Assembly: GCA_964650005.1 (NCBI GenBank)
Contig: CAZYPZ010000002.1
Coordinates: forward strand, 138,286-202,285
Source: an uncultured bacterium
Lineage (GTDB): Bacteria; Armatimonadota; HRBIN16
Direction of reading: 5' to 3'
Length of the DNA: 64,000 nt
The position numbers and the translations under genes were made by a program. Below are positions 55,725-64,000 of the stretch, piece after piece (positions within the stretch are counted from its first letter, which is position 1; each line of letters begins with the position of its first letter). The notes under the pieces are model-generated. The model worked only from the letters and a program-made list of their open reading frames with translations, ran no database searches and was not told the DNA's origin.

Positions 55725-56786
55725 ATGAGTCGTCATCTGGATCTGTCGCACCAGCCACGGCTGCGCGGGTTCGCCAGCGACAACGCCGCCGGTATCTGCC
55801 CGGAGGCGTGGGCGATGCTGGCCGAGGCAAACAGCGGCCACGCCCCATCGTATGGAGACGACCAATGGACGGCCCGACTGAAAGCCCGAATATGTGAATT
55901 GTTCGCTACCGAGTGTGAGATCCAGTTGGTGTTCAATGGTACCGCTGCCAACGCGTTGGCTCTGGCGCATCTGTGTCGACCGTATCACGCGGTGCTGTGC
56001 GCCTCGCACGCGCATATACAATCCGATGAATGCGCGGCGCCTCAGTTTTTCATTGGAGGCGGCCAGTTGATCCACGTGGCCGCTCCTCTCGGGAAGTTGG
56101 ATGCTGCATCCGTGGAGGCCTCAGTGCTGGCCCGCGATGATGTGCATGCCCCCAAGCCGCGCGTGATCAGTGTGACGCAGACCACCGAGTTCGGTACGGT
56201 TTATACGCCCGATGAGCTGATGGCCCTGCGTACTGTGGCCAAGCGGTACGGCCTGCGTATTCATATGGACGGCGCACGGTTCGCGAACGCGGTCGCCGCA
56301 CTGGGCTGTCAGCCTGCCGAACTCTCGTGGCAGGCGGGAGTGGATGTGCTTTGCCTGGGATGTACAAAAAACGGTGTGCATGCCGGTGAGCTTGTGGTAT
56401 GGTTTGACCGCGCGCTCGCGGAGGAGTTCGCATGGCGCGCCAAACAGGCCGGACATCTGGCCAGCAAACAGCGCTTTCTGGCGGCGCCTGCTCTGGGGTT
56501 GTTCGCCGATGGAGCATGGCTGCGCAATGCTGAACATGCCAATTCTATGGCGCGCGTATTGGCCGATAGTCTGATGCAGCTGCCGGGTGTTACGTTGGGC
56601 TTTCCCCGTGAGGCCAACGGGGTGTTTGTGATCTTTCCCTCCGGAGTGGCTGAACGGCTGCAGGCGCGTGGATGGCATTTCTACGAATTGACGCCGGGCG
56701 TCCACCGCTTGATGTGTGCCTGGGATACCACGCGAGATGATGTGGAGGCCTTTGTAAGTGATGTTGCCATGGAGATCGGTCGATAA
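55725..56786 (+). CDS. ltaE: Low-specificity L-threonine aldolase (PLP-dependent)
   Basis: FASDNAAG, SYGDD, FNGTAANAL, HMDGARFANA, CTKNG (PLP lysine), RLMCAWDT; GGGAGG RBS. Confidence 0.9.
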   Translation: MSRHLDLSHQPRLRGFASDNAAGICPEAWAMLAEANSGHAPSYGDDQWTARLKARICELFATECEIQLVFNGTAANALALAHLCRPYHAVLCASHAHIQSDECAAPQFFIGGGQLIHVAAPLGKLDAASVEASVLARDDVHAPKPRVISVTQTTEFGTVYTPDELMALRTVAKRYGLRIHMDGARFANAVAALGCQPAELSWQAGVDVLCLGCTKNGVHAGELVVWFDRALAEEFAWRAKQAGHLASKQRFLAAPALGLFADGAWLRNAEHANSMARVLADSLMQLPGVTLGFPREANGVFVIFPSGVAERLQARGWHFYELTPGVHRLMCAWDTTRDDVEAFVSDVAMEIGR

Positions 56787-56820
56787 ACCTTTAGTCGACC
56801 AGGCGTGACAAATCGATGCA

Positions 56821-56842
56821 GGGGCACGTCGTGACGTGCCCC
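56821..56842. repeat. GC-rich palindrome (REP-like) between convergent genes
   Basis: GGGGCACGTC-gt-GACGTGCCCC, perfect 10-bp arms, preceded by GCA. Confidence 0.5.
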
Positions 56843-57016
56843 AAACATGCCAACCAATCGCCCGTGTTACGACGCCGCGGCCATCATGGATCTGTTGACC
56901 AACTCAGACCCCACCTCGCGTTGATGCCTTTGCCGTCGCTTACCTGTTACGCCTAACTGCATCGCATTAAGCCGGCCTATCCAGGAAAGTGCGTGTGTTC
57001 AGCGTACAGGAGCGGG

Positions 57017-58948
57017 TTAGCCTGACGGCGTGAGACGATAGATCACCGGTTGAGCCGGATGGAGAGGCGCCTGTACCGCGCCGTCCCGCCAGTCAACCGG
57101 CTGCCAATCGCCTTCAGCACTCAGCCATTCCGCTCCCGACACCGCGAAAGCGACATCAAAAGGGACCGTATCCAGCAGGTCGTGGCCCAGGTTGAACAGG
57201 GCTGTCAGATACCGGCCGTCCGAATATCGCCGAAGCTTGAGGTACACTTCCGCATCACCGGGATAGTACACCGGCACCGGAGCGCCGCACACGTAACCCA
57301 GCAGATCCAGCAGTTGGCGCTTTCGGTCTTCGTCATAGAAGCCAAAGGATGAGAGAGCCGTATTCGGACCGAAGCTTGCAGCATACACCGCAATCCGGCC
57401 GCCATGCGCGTTGATGTACCGTGTAACCGCTGGACCGATGACCGTGTAGTCGGTGCTCACACCGGACGCGCTGTGAAGCAGGTTGGAGTACACCGACGTA
57501 CTCGTGTCAATTGGTGTCAGGCGCGTGTACCGGGCGTCCGCCCCCAGCAATCGTCCCTGCCAGATTTCGGCAGACACATGCGGGCCGGTCCACGGTTCGG
57601 CCATCACGCCGATGTCATCCGCAAATCCCCGCTGGCAGAGCGCCTCGGCGGCGGCGCCTTCCAAGATGGCCCCCTGGCTCAACAGATGGTGCAGGTCCGC
57701 ATCGGGAAAAAGCTCTACATCGTCGCCAGTGAGAAGCGATGGCAGATCCGGCAGTCGGGCATAGTTGCACGGTAATCCCATTACGCCCAGCAGCGCAGCC
57801 CATGTCTTGGCCGAGCCGCAACGATCCCCTTGATCCAGTGCCCGGTTGAAGAACGGCTCAGCGGGCAGCGCAGCGGCGATATAGGCGGCCGGGCTTGTCT
57901 CCCGAACCGCTCGATACAGCGCCTCGTAGAAGCCCTGGTGTCTCATCAGTGTGGCGCGATAAGCGGCGCCGCTGGCTGGCTGCCACTGGCCCAACCTCGT
58001 CAGCCAATGTTTAGCACCGTCGCATCCCTCCAATATCGAGCCCGTATAATGCGCGTGCAACAGTGCGGCGGAGGTGCTGTACCGGTTGTGCGGACAGGTG
58101 TCGGTTTCCGCCAGCACAGTGACGTCATCGCTCAACCCCGCGATCTGGGCGGCGCCGTGGTACATCCTGACCGGGAACGAGCGCATCTCGGCCGTCAGGT
58201 ACCGTGCGTTGTTGATCCGAATGACGGGACGCTGACCGGCGGCTGCCAGTCGACGGGCGATCGGAACGGCATGACGGATGTCTCCGTAACAGGCGCAGAA
58301 CGAGACCGGTATGGAGGGATCGACCGAATCGATCGCCCCGCGGATTACGCCCGCCAGCTGCATCAATGTATCGAGCAGCAGATCATCATACAGCCGTGCG
58401 GCTGAAATATCGGATTGCAACAGCGCACAGAGGGATTCACGGGTGACGGCCTGACCGAGTCGCCGGGCGCATTCGGCCAGGTGCAGCGGGCAATAACATC
58501 CGTTCCGTCCGGTCAGCAATCGAAAGTCATCATCGATCATGATGAACGCGGGATTCAATGCGGTCACGCCGCGCAACGCGTTGTCTATGTACCGTTGAAA
58601 GGCACGGTCCAGCGGGCACTTCTGATAGGCAGGCATTCCGTCAGGCCGTATGATTTTTTGAAATGGCGCCGGTTCATCGGGTGTCCAGCCGTGACCAATG
58701 GTTGCCTGCACCAGAACGCCCACGTGAGCCGGATCACCCTCGAAAGCCCTCATAAATGACCGGTACCGTTCAGCCAGTACGGCCACTTTGTCCACCGGGG
58801 GATCCGCTTCGGGAACCAGCGTAAACATGCAGGCGACAGCCGTACACACACCGGATTCCAGCAGATGACGGGCGTCTGCGGCCAGTTCCTGCTCATGGCC
58901 GGGAAGCAACGGTATCACATGCAGCGCAGTCAAGTCAGACATCGACAT
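57017..58948 (-). CDS. Hypothetical protein, possibly a TIM-barrel glycoside hydrolase with trimerisation-like domain
   Basis: 643-aa ORF downstream of the GH36 gene (17-nt gap); IMIDDDFRL, CYCPLH, LAETDT. Confidence 0.6.
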   Translation of the reverse strand: MSMSDLTALHVIPLLPGHEQELAADARHLLESGVCTAVACMFTLVPEADPPVDKVAVLAERYRSFMRAFEGDPAHVGVLVQATIGHGWTPDEPAPFQKIIRPDGMPAYQKCPLDRAFQRYIDNALRGVTALNPAFIMIDDDFRLLTGRNGCYCPLHLAECARRLGQAVTRESLCALLQSDISAARLYDDLLLDTLMQLAGVIRGAIDSVDPSIPVSFCACYGDIRHAVPIARRLAAAGQRPVIRINNARYLTAEMRSFPVRMYHGAAQIAGLSDDVTVLAETDTCPHNRYSTSAALLHAHYTGSILEGCDGAKHWLTRLGQWQPASGAAYRATLMRHQGFYEALYRAVRETSPAAYIAAALPAEPFFNRALDQGDRCGSAKTWAALLGVMGLPCNYARLPDLPSLLTGDDVELFPDADLHHLLSQGAILEGAAAEALCQRGFADDIGVMAEPWTGPHVSAEIWQGRLLGADARYTRLTPIDTSTSVYSNLLHSASGVSTDYTVIGPAVTRYINAHGGRIAVYAASFGPNTALSSFGFYDEDRKRQLLDLLGYVCGAPVPVYYPGDAEVYLKLRRYSDGRYLTALFNLGHDLLDTVPFDVAFAVSGAEWLSAEGDWQPVDWRDGAVQAPLHPAQPVIYRLTPSG

Positions 58949-58968
58949 TTTCTCCTTCTCGCCTTTGG

Positions 58969-60951
58969 TCAGGGTGCTGGCTCGCTACGGTAGATCAACA
59001 GTGCGCTTTGCGGTGAGCCGGTCAATGTGATCGATAACCGCCCCTCTCTGACCTGCGCTCCCGTGAAGCGGCTGATCGCCCGGGAGTCCATGTCTTCGAA
59101 CCGGTAGACAGTTTGTGACTCCAGGCCCCGCAGCCGCAACTCCATCGTGGGATACGGACTGTGCGACCGACGAAACACGAGCACTGCACCGCTGTTCAGA
59201 TCCCGGCGGTGCCACTGCCACCCCATCCAAACATCGTCGGTCACGTTGTATGCAGTCAGCGGATAGAAGTCACCCAAGCTGTACGGAGCGACTTGACGCC
59301 ACTCGTGCAGCAACGTGGCCAGCCAATGTGGATCGAAGGCCTCGGCCGGCGTGTAAAAGCCTTCCGGATCATTCGTCGGGTTGACCTGTGTGCACAGCGT
59401 AAGGCCCGGGCTGTACGCACTGCGGATTGCATAGGTATCCTGGTGATCGCACGCACCTGCAGACAGCGGCAGCCAGGGGGCCAGCCCGTAGGTCTGGGCC
59501 TGCATTCCCGCCAGATCGAACCCCGGGAAGCATTGATAGTCGCTGCGCCATAACGGGATGCTGCGTGATGCGGTCTCCAGGTCCAGCCGGCGGCCCCCGC
59601 TTGCGCAGTTGTCGATCAACAAATCGGGATGGCGCTCCCTCAGCGTGTCCCATAAGGCATAGAGCCCTTCGATATGCCGGATTTCGCTGATACCCACCCG
59701 GTCGGCCGAATCCGCTTCCTGCCAGAACGGCGCCGGATCCATATTGAAATCCTGTCGGTATATGGTGACGCCTGCCTCGGTGATTATCGACGAGATTAGG
59801 TCCGTAAGTGCGTTTCGGGCAGCGGGATCGCCCAGCCGGTATAAGTAGTTGTCCCCGATCGGGCCGAGCAGCCACTCGGGATGATCGCGGGTCACGTACG
59901 TGCCAGGAAACACGCGTTCCGGCTCCATCCAGAGCGTGAAGTCCATATCGGCCGAGCGGGCCGCTTCGCCGATCGGTTTCAGCCCGTCCGGGTAGATCCG
60001 GCTGTTCGGCCACCAGTTACCGACTTGAGCTCCCCAGCCGCTGTTGAACACGTTCGCTCCGGGTTGGTAATCGGCGTCCCCGTGCCAGCCGGCGTCTATC
60101 CAGAAGTTGTCCACCGGTATCCGGTGTTTCTGGAGCCAGGCAATCTTGGCCAACTGACGCTCGATAGGATTCTGGCCCCATACGGCCAGTGATACCGGCG
60201 CCGGTGCATGGCGGCCGGTCCGTTTGGGCGAGTAATGCGCCAGCATGAGTCTGCGCCACATGTTGTGTGCTTCAACGCGGTCGCCTTCCCACCACATCAG
60301 CAGGATCCGAGGCGAACGGACCGACTCTCCCGGCAGCAGTGTGAATGCGGTGCGCTGCATTCCGGCGTGCAGATGAACAGCGCCTGTGTCGTCGCGCCAG
60401 ACGGATGCCCGCCAATCTCCTGTCCAACCGATCGCGACGATGACACCACGTCCCCCCAGATCCAGGTTGAGAAACGGAAGCGCGCCACAAGATGAGCGCC
60501 CGCCACGTGACTGCAGCACCACCGGCGCGTCTGCGGTTACATAAGGAGCCTGCGGTTCTTCGCGCGACGGACTCAGCGGGAGCCTGATCGGAGCGAAATC
60601 ATCGCGCTGGCACAGGCTGCCGTTTGCCGTATAGACACAGCAGTCCGCGTCACGGGGCGTCGATACGGTGATCGCACACGCCTGAATGTTCGACAGAATC
60701 GGAGAGCCCGTGCGGGCGTTGTTGGTGAAGCGGACCATCCATTCCTCGGCTGGAATATCCCGATAAGCGGTCCACTCGCAGTCGATGCCCAACATGCCGT
60801 TGGACTCTGTCCACACATCATGTCCCGATACCGTGTGCTCATCGGTGACGGGTTCACTGGTTGAGGCGAGCCACTGATCGAGCCATGCCTCCGATGGCGC
60901 GCCACCGTAATCCAGACGGAACCGTCCGATGACGGGAATATCAGCTCTCAT
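58969..60951 (-). CDS. Alpha-galactosidase (GH36)
   Basis: FWIDAGW, LWMEPERV, YRQDFN (nucleophile), IDNCASGGRRLDLE, WRSD. Confidence 0.85.
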   Translation of the reverse strand: MRADIPVIGRFRLDYGGAPSEAWLDQWLASTSEPVTDEHTVSGHDVWTESNGMLGIDCEWTAYRDIPAEEWMVRFTNNARTGSPILSNIQACAITVSTPRDADCCVYTANGSLCQRDDFAPIRLPLSPSREEPQAPYVTADAPVVLQSRGGRSSCGALPFLNLDLGGRGVIVAIGWTGDWRASVWRDDTGAVHLHAGMQRTAFTLLPGESVRSPRILLMWWEGDRVEAHNMWRRLMLAHYSPKRTGRHAPAPVSLAVWGQNPIERQLAKIAWLQKHRIPVDNFWIDAGWHGDADYQPGANVFNSGWGAQVGNWWPNSRIYPDGLKPIGEAARSADMDFTLWMEPERVFPGTYVTRDHPEWLLGPIGDNYLYRLGDPAARNALTDLISSIITEAGVTIYRQDFNMDPAPFWQEADSADRVGISEIRHIEGLYALWDTLRERHPDLLIDNCASGGRRLDLETASRSIPLWRSDYQCFPGFDLAGMQAQTYGLAPWLPLSAGACDHQDTYAIRSAYSPGLTLCTQVNPTNDPEGFYTPAEAFDPHWLATLLHEWRQVAPYSLGDFYPLTAYNVTDDVWMGWQWHRRDLNSGAVLVFRRSHSPYPTMELRLRGLESQTVYRFEDMDSRAISRFTGAQVREGRLSITLTGSPQSALLIYRSEPAP

Positions 60952-61104
60952 CAGCGCTAACGCTCCTTACTCCTGTCGGGGAATGTTGCCTGCAGTATAC
61001 ATCAGTTCCGGTTATCGCAGGAGAACGCCAGTGCGGTTTCCCGCAGGAACCGGATATCGGCATGGCCAACGTGTATGTCCAGGATATGATGGAGGACAGC
61101 ACAC

Positions 61105-62979
61105 ATGCCCGACGGGATATTACGCACACGATCCAACCGGATCACAATGGGATCGCGTGGTGAACTGCAGGTGACAACAGCCGACGGGCGTACATGGCTT
61201 CAGACGGTCACAGGCGACTCCCAGGTGGAACGGGTGAGTCAACCGCAGTGCACCCGTGACGCGGAAGGACGCGAGGTTCTGATCTGTGACGTGCGGTTAC
61301 CGGCATTCGGCCCTCCGCCGCGTTACCAGACCGATGCGTTGCGCTGCCGGCTGGAGGTGAGCGCCGGTCCGGAAGATGACAGTGTAACCGTGCGTCTGAC
61401 GGCTCCCGCCCATCGTCCCCTGCACGCCGTCCATTATCCCTACAGCTTCGTGTGCGACGGCCCGGAGGCCAGTCTGTTATTCACCCACGCCGAAGGGGTG
61501 CTGCTGCCGTTGCGCCCCGGAGCGCCAGGCTATGAACCCCTGCCGTGGGCAGATATCTACGGCGGCACGAGTTGCTACTGTGCGTGTCTGGCGCTGCTGA
61601 ACCCGGATCGCGGCGACGGGGCTCTGTGTATATTCGAAACCCCCGAACTGGCGGCCTATGAGATGACGCCCACATCTTGGAACGGCGAGACGCTGATGCT
61701 GCCGCGCATCGTCTGGCGGGCCAGCCTGCAGCGCATGGATCGGCCGCGTGTGCTTACTTTTTCATTTTCATCGCATGGCGGTCACACCGCCCTGGCTCAG
61801 CAGTACGCCCGACATTGCGTCCGCTCGGGATGGGTACGCACGCTGCGTCAGAAGGCGCTTGCCGATGCCGAAGTACGCAAGCTGGAAGGCGCGCCGGTGT
61901 TCTGGGTGTTTGGCGATGACGCCGACGTACTGCATGTGGCTTCCGCACTGAAACAGGACGGGGTGACTCGCGCCGTCATCAATATCGGCGCGCCCTGGTG
62001 GAATCGGTCAGAGGGACTGGAAGAGCCGCTGCGGCGCATGATAGACGTGGTGAAATCGTTACGCCGGATGGGCTATATCGTGTCGCGATATGACCAGTAC
62101 CGCGACGCCTACCCGGTCGATCCCGGTCAGTCGCTGTATCACCAGATCAACTGGGAGGTCTATCCCGATGGCGGCGTACGTGACGCAGACGGACGCCATG
62201 TGACCGGTTGGATGCCTCCCGGTGTGATCATCAATCCTCAAGTGGGACTTGAGCTGGCGCAGAGACGGATTGGTCCGGAACTGCACACTTGGCCGTTCAA
62301 CGGACGGTTCATCGATCTGGTCGGCACCTGTGTGTTCTGGGAAGGGGAAGACTACACCCCCGGACGCAGAACCGATGCTTACCAGGCGCGCCTCGCGAGA
62401 GAGCGATTGCTACAGTATGCGGTGTCACGTCCACTGGTGCTGGGTACGGAAGGAGGCATCGATTGCCTGTTGCCGTACCTGCACTGGCTGGAAACGCCCA
62501 TGTCGCTTGTGCGCTGGACAGTGAACAGTCTGCCGTTGCCCGGTTGGCAACCCGCTGAGTTGAAGCCTGACTATGCGATCAACTTGGACCCGCGTCGGCG
62601 CATTCCTTTTTACTCGCTGGTCCATCACGCCGAGGTGGTCAGCACCTGGCGTTGGGAGGACGGCTTGAACCGGCTGCCACAACATTGGCATACCAAAGAG
62701 CTGTTCTGCATGCTGTATGGCGCACCGCCGATGTTTGTGGTGGATCGGGCGCATTTCGACGCGAACCGGCAGCGTATTGGGCAGTCATGCCGCGCGCTAT
62801 ACGGCTGGCTGCGTCAGGTGTCGTTCGAGCCCATGGTATCCCATGAGTTCATCACCCCAGATCGTATGGTGCAGCGTACCCGGTTTGCCAACGGCCGCTG
62901 GGCGATCGTCAATTTCGGCACAGACACGTATCGGTCGTCAGAGCGCACCGTACTTCCCGGCAGCTGCGTTACCGGCTGA
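61105..62979 (+). CDS. Putative glycoside hydrolase (DUF5696/GH101-like TIM barrel)
   Basis: GGAGG RBS; GYIVSRYDQYRD, FIDLVGT, GTEGG, IPFYSLVHH; divergent from the GH36 gene. Confidence 0.55.
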   Translation: MPDGILRTRSNRITMGSRGELQVTTADGRTWLQTVTGDSQVERVSQPQCTRDAEGREVLICDVRLPAFGPPPRYQTDALRCRLEVSAGPEDDSVTVRLTAPAHRPLHAVHYPYSFVCDGPEASLLFTHAEGVLLPLRPGAPGYEPLPWADIYGGTSCYCACLALLNPDRGDGALCIFETPELAAYEMTPTSWNGETLMLPRIVWRASLQRMDRPRVLTFSFSSHGGHTALAQQYARHCVRSGWVRTLRQKALADAEVRKLEGAPVFWVFGDDADVLHVASALKQDGVTRAVINIGAPWWNRSEGLEEPLRRMIDVVKSLRRMGYIVSRYDQYRDAYPVDPGQSLYHQINWEVYPDGGVRDADGRHVTGWMPPGVIINPQVGLELAQRRIGPELHTWPFNGRFIDLVGTCVFWEGEDYTPGRRTDAYQARLARERLLQYAVSRPLVLGTEGGIDCLLPYLHWLETPMSLVRWTVNSLPLPGWQPAELKPDYAINLDPRRRIPFYSLVHHAEVVSTWRWEDGLNRLPQHWHTKELFCMLYGAPPMFVVDRAHFDANRQRIGQSCRALYGWLRQVSFEPMVSHEFITPDRMVQRTRFANGRWAIVNFGTDTYRSSERTVLPGSCVTG

Positions 62980-63027
62980 ATCCCCGACTTTTTTCCCAAA
63001 TAGCCGGTTCGGTCACCCTGCAGCATC

Positions 63028-63090
63028 TTGACGGCGTCCCGGATGGTCTGTATACTTACACCAAGTTTCACGTGTGCAGTCACACGTTAA
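63028..63090 (+). promoter_or_regulatory. sigma70 promoter and candidate operator of the LacI gene
   Basis: TTGACG (63028-63033)-17-TATACT (63051-63056); downstream inverted repeat ACGTGTG-cagt-CACACGT (63070-63087). Confidence 0.7.
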
Positions 63091-63116
63091 TCTAACGGAA
63101 GGGTCAGAACGGACAG

Positions 63117-64000
63117 GTGGCGGTAACCATCCGGGACATCGCACAGGAACTGGGCGTCTCGCACACCACGGTGTCGCGGGCGTTGAACGGCCGCAGTGCT
63201 GAGTTCATCAGTGAAGCGACCCGTCAGCGTGTACTGGAGACAGCTCGGCGGCTGGGATATCGCCCGAATCGGGCCGCACGGGCGTTGGTCACCGGCCGCA
63301 CCCAGATGATCGGGTTACTGGTGCCGGCGATCTCCACAGCATATCCCATGCAGGTGATCCAAGCGGCGCACCGGGCAGTGGCTGCGGATGGTTATCTGTT
63401 GATCGTGGCCGGTATGGACACCGTCGCCGAAGCAGCCCGCCTCAAAGAGGGCGTCAACTGGTCGGTGGACGGGCTGATGGTACTGGGCGACATGCAGGAT
63501 ACGCTCGACCGTTTCGTTCCCGTGAATCGCGATCGGGCGGTTGTGCAACTGGAAGTGACCAGCGATCTGTACGACATGGTGGCGAGTGACAAATCGACGG
63601 GCGCGCGGGAATGTGCACAGCACCTGCATGCGTGCGGCGCGCGTCATGTGGCCCTGCTTGCAGACGCATACGTCATGGCGCGCCCCTCCGTTCGGTTCGA
63701 TGCATTCCAGGAGTGGTGGAGTCATGCAGGAGGCCGGATCAGCCGTCTGGTCGCCGATGTGCGAGACTCGGAAAGCGCCACCCGCGCGGTCTACCAGATG
63801 GCGTCCCGCGGAACGCTGGGTGACGCGATTTTCTGCTACAACGACGAAATGGCGGTTGGCGCGTTGCGCGGCGCGCGAGCCGCCGGTCTGCGTGTACCCG
63901 ACGATCTGCAGATCGTGGGCCACGATGACCTGACGATCGCCGCGCTCGTCGACCCGCCGCTCACCACCATCACGATGGATATCGATCGGATGGTTAGTGA
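63117..64000 (+). CDS. LacI-family transcriptional regulator, 3'-truncated by the window edge (absent from the ORF track)
   Basis: GTG start; VTIRDIAQELGVSHTTVSRALN...LGYRPNRAARAL...FCYNDEMAVG...VGHDD...PPLTTI; frame open to base 64000. Confidence 0.95.
   Translation, partial: MAVTIRDIAQELGVSHTTVSRALNGRSAEFISEATRQRVLETARRLGYRPNRAARALVTGRTQMIGLLVPAISTAYPMQVIQAAHRAVAADGYLLIVAGMDTVAEAARLKEGVNWSVDGLMVLGDMQDTLDRFVPVNRDRAVVQLEVTSDLYDMVASDKSTGARECAQHLHACGARHVALLADAYVMARPSVRFDAFQEWWSHAGGRISRLVADVRDSESATRAVYQMASRGTLGDAIFCYNDEMAVGALRGARAAGLRVPDDLQIVGHDDLTIAALVDPPLTTITMDIDRMVS

Noticed and set aside
63065-63080. GTTTCACGTG as a third parS
   Set aside because: Only the left half matches (the right half is TGCA, not AAACA); better explained as part of the LacI operator region.
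1-64000. CRISPR arrays, rRNA/tRNA genes, transposases, integrases, prophage or known defence operons
   Set aside because: No regularly spaced repeats, RNA gene signatures or corresponding protein motifs were found on reading the sequence and ORF track.

Overview
A 64-kb, GC-rich bacterial chromosomal segment that appears to contain the replication origin. Core genes: rplJ-rplL-rpmB (with an L10-leader attenuator) transcribed head-to-head with dnaA; a DnaA-box cluster plus AT-rich tract (putative oriC, ~8.9-9.2 kb) followed directly by recF and a DUF721/DciA-like gene, with no dnaN; lpxK, archaeal/eukaryote-type proS, guaA-hpt, rho, parA-parB-galK and two parS sites. Accessory content: a TetR-TolC-MFP-RND efflux operon, a MacA/MacB-like pair, uronate catabolism genes, many poorly characterised glycoside-hydrolase-like proteins with LacI/GntR regulators, and a signalling cluster (standalone MEDS protein, PocR kinase, single-domain receiver, two hybrid kinases) beside a methanogen-like FAD oxidoreductase and a ferredoxin. 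Two genes are frameshifted: an SGNH hydrolase by an 8-bp tandem duplication, and a GntR/LacI-type regulator by a probable 1-nt loss. I saw no tRNA, rRNA, CRISPR array or IS element. The mix of diderm markers (lpxK, TolC), Firmicutes-like regulatory elements and abundant orphan CAZyme-like genes suggests Armatimonadota; this is an inference, not a search result. Family assignments are from motif recognition by eye, and many ORF-track starts were moved to RBS-supported codons.
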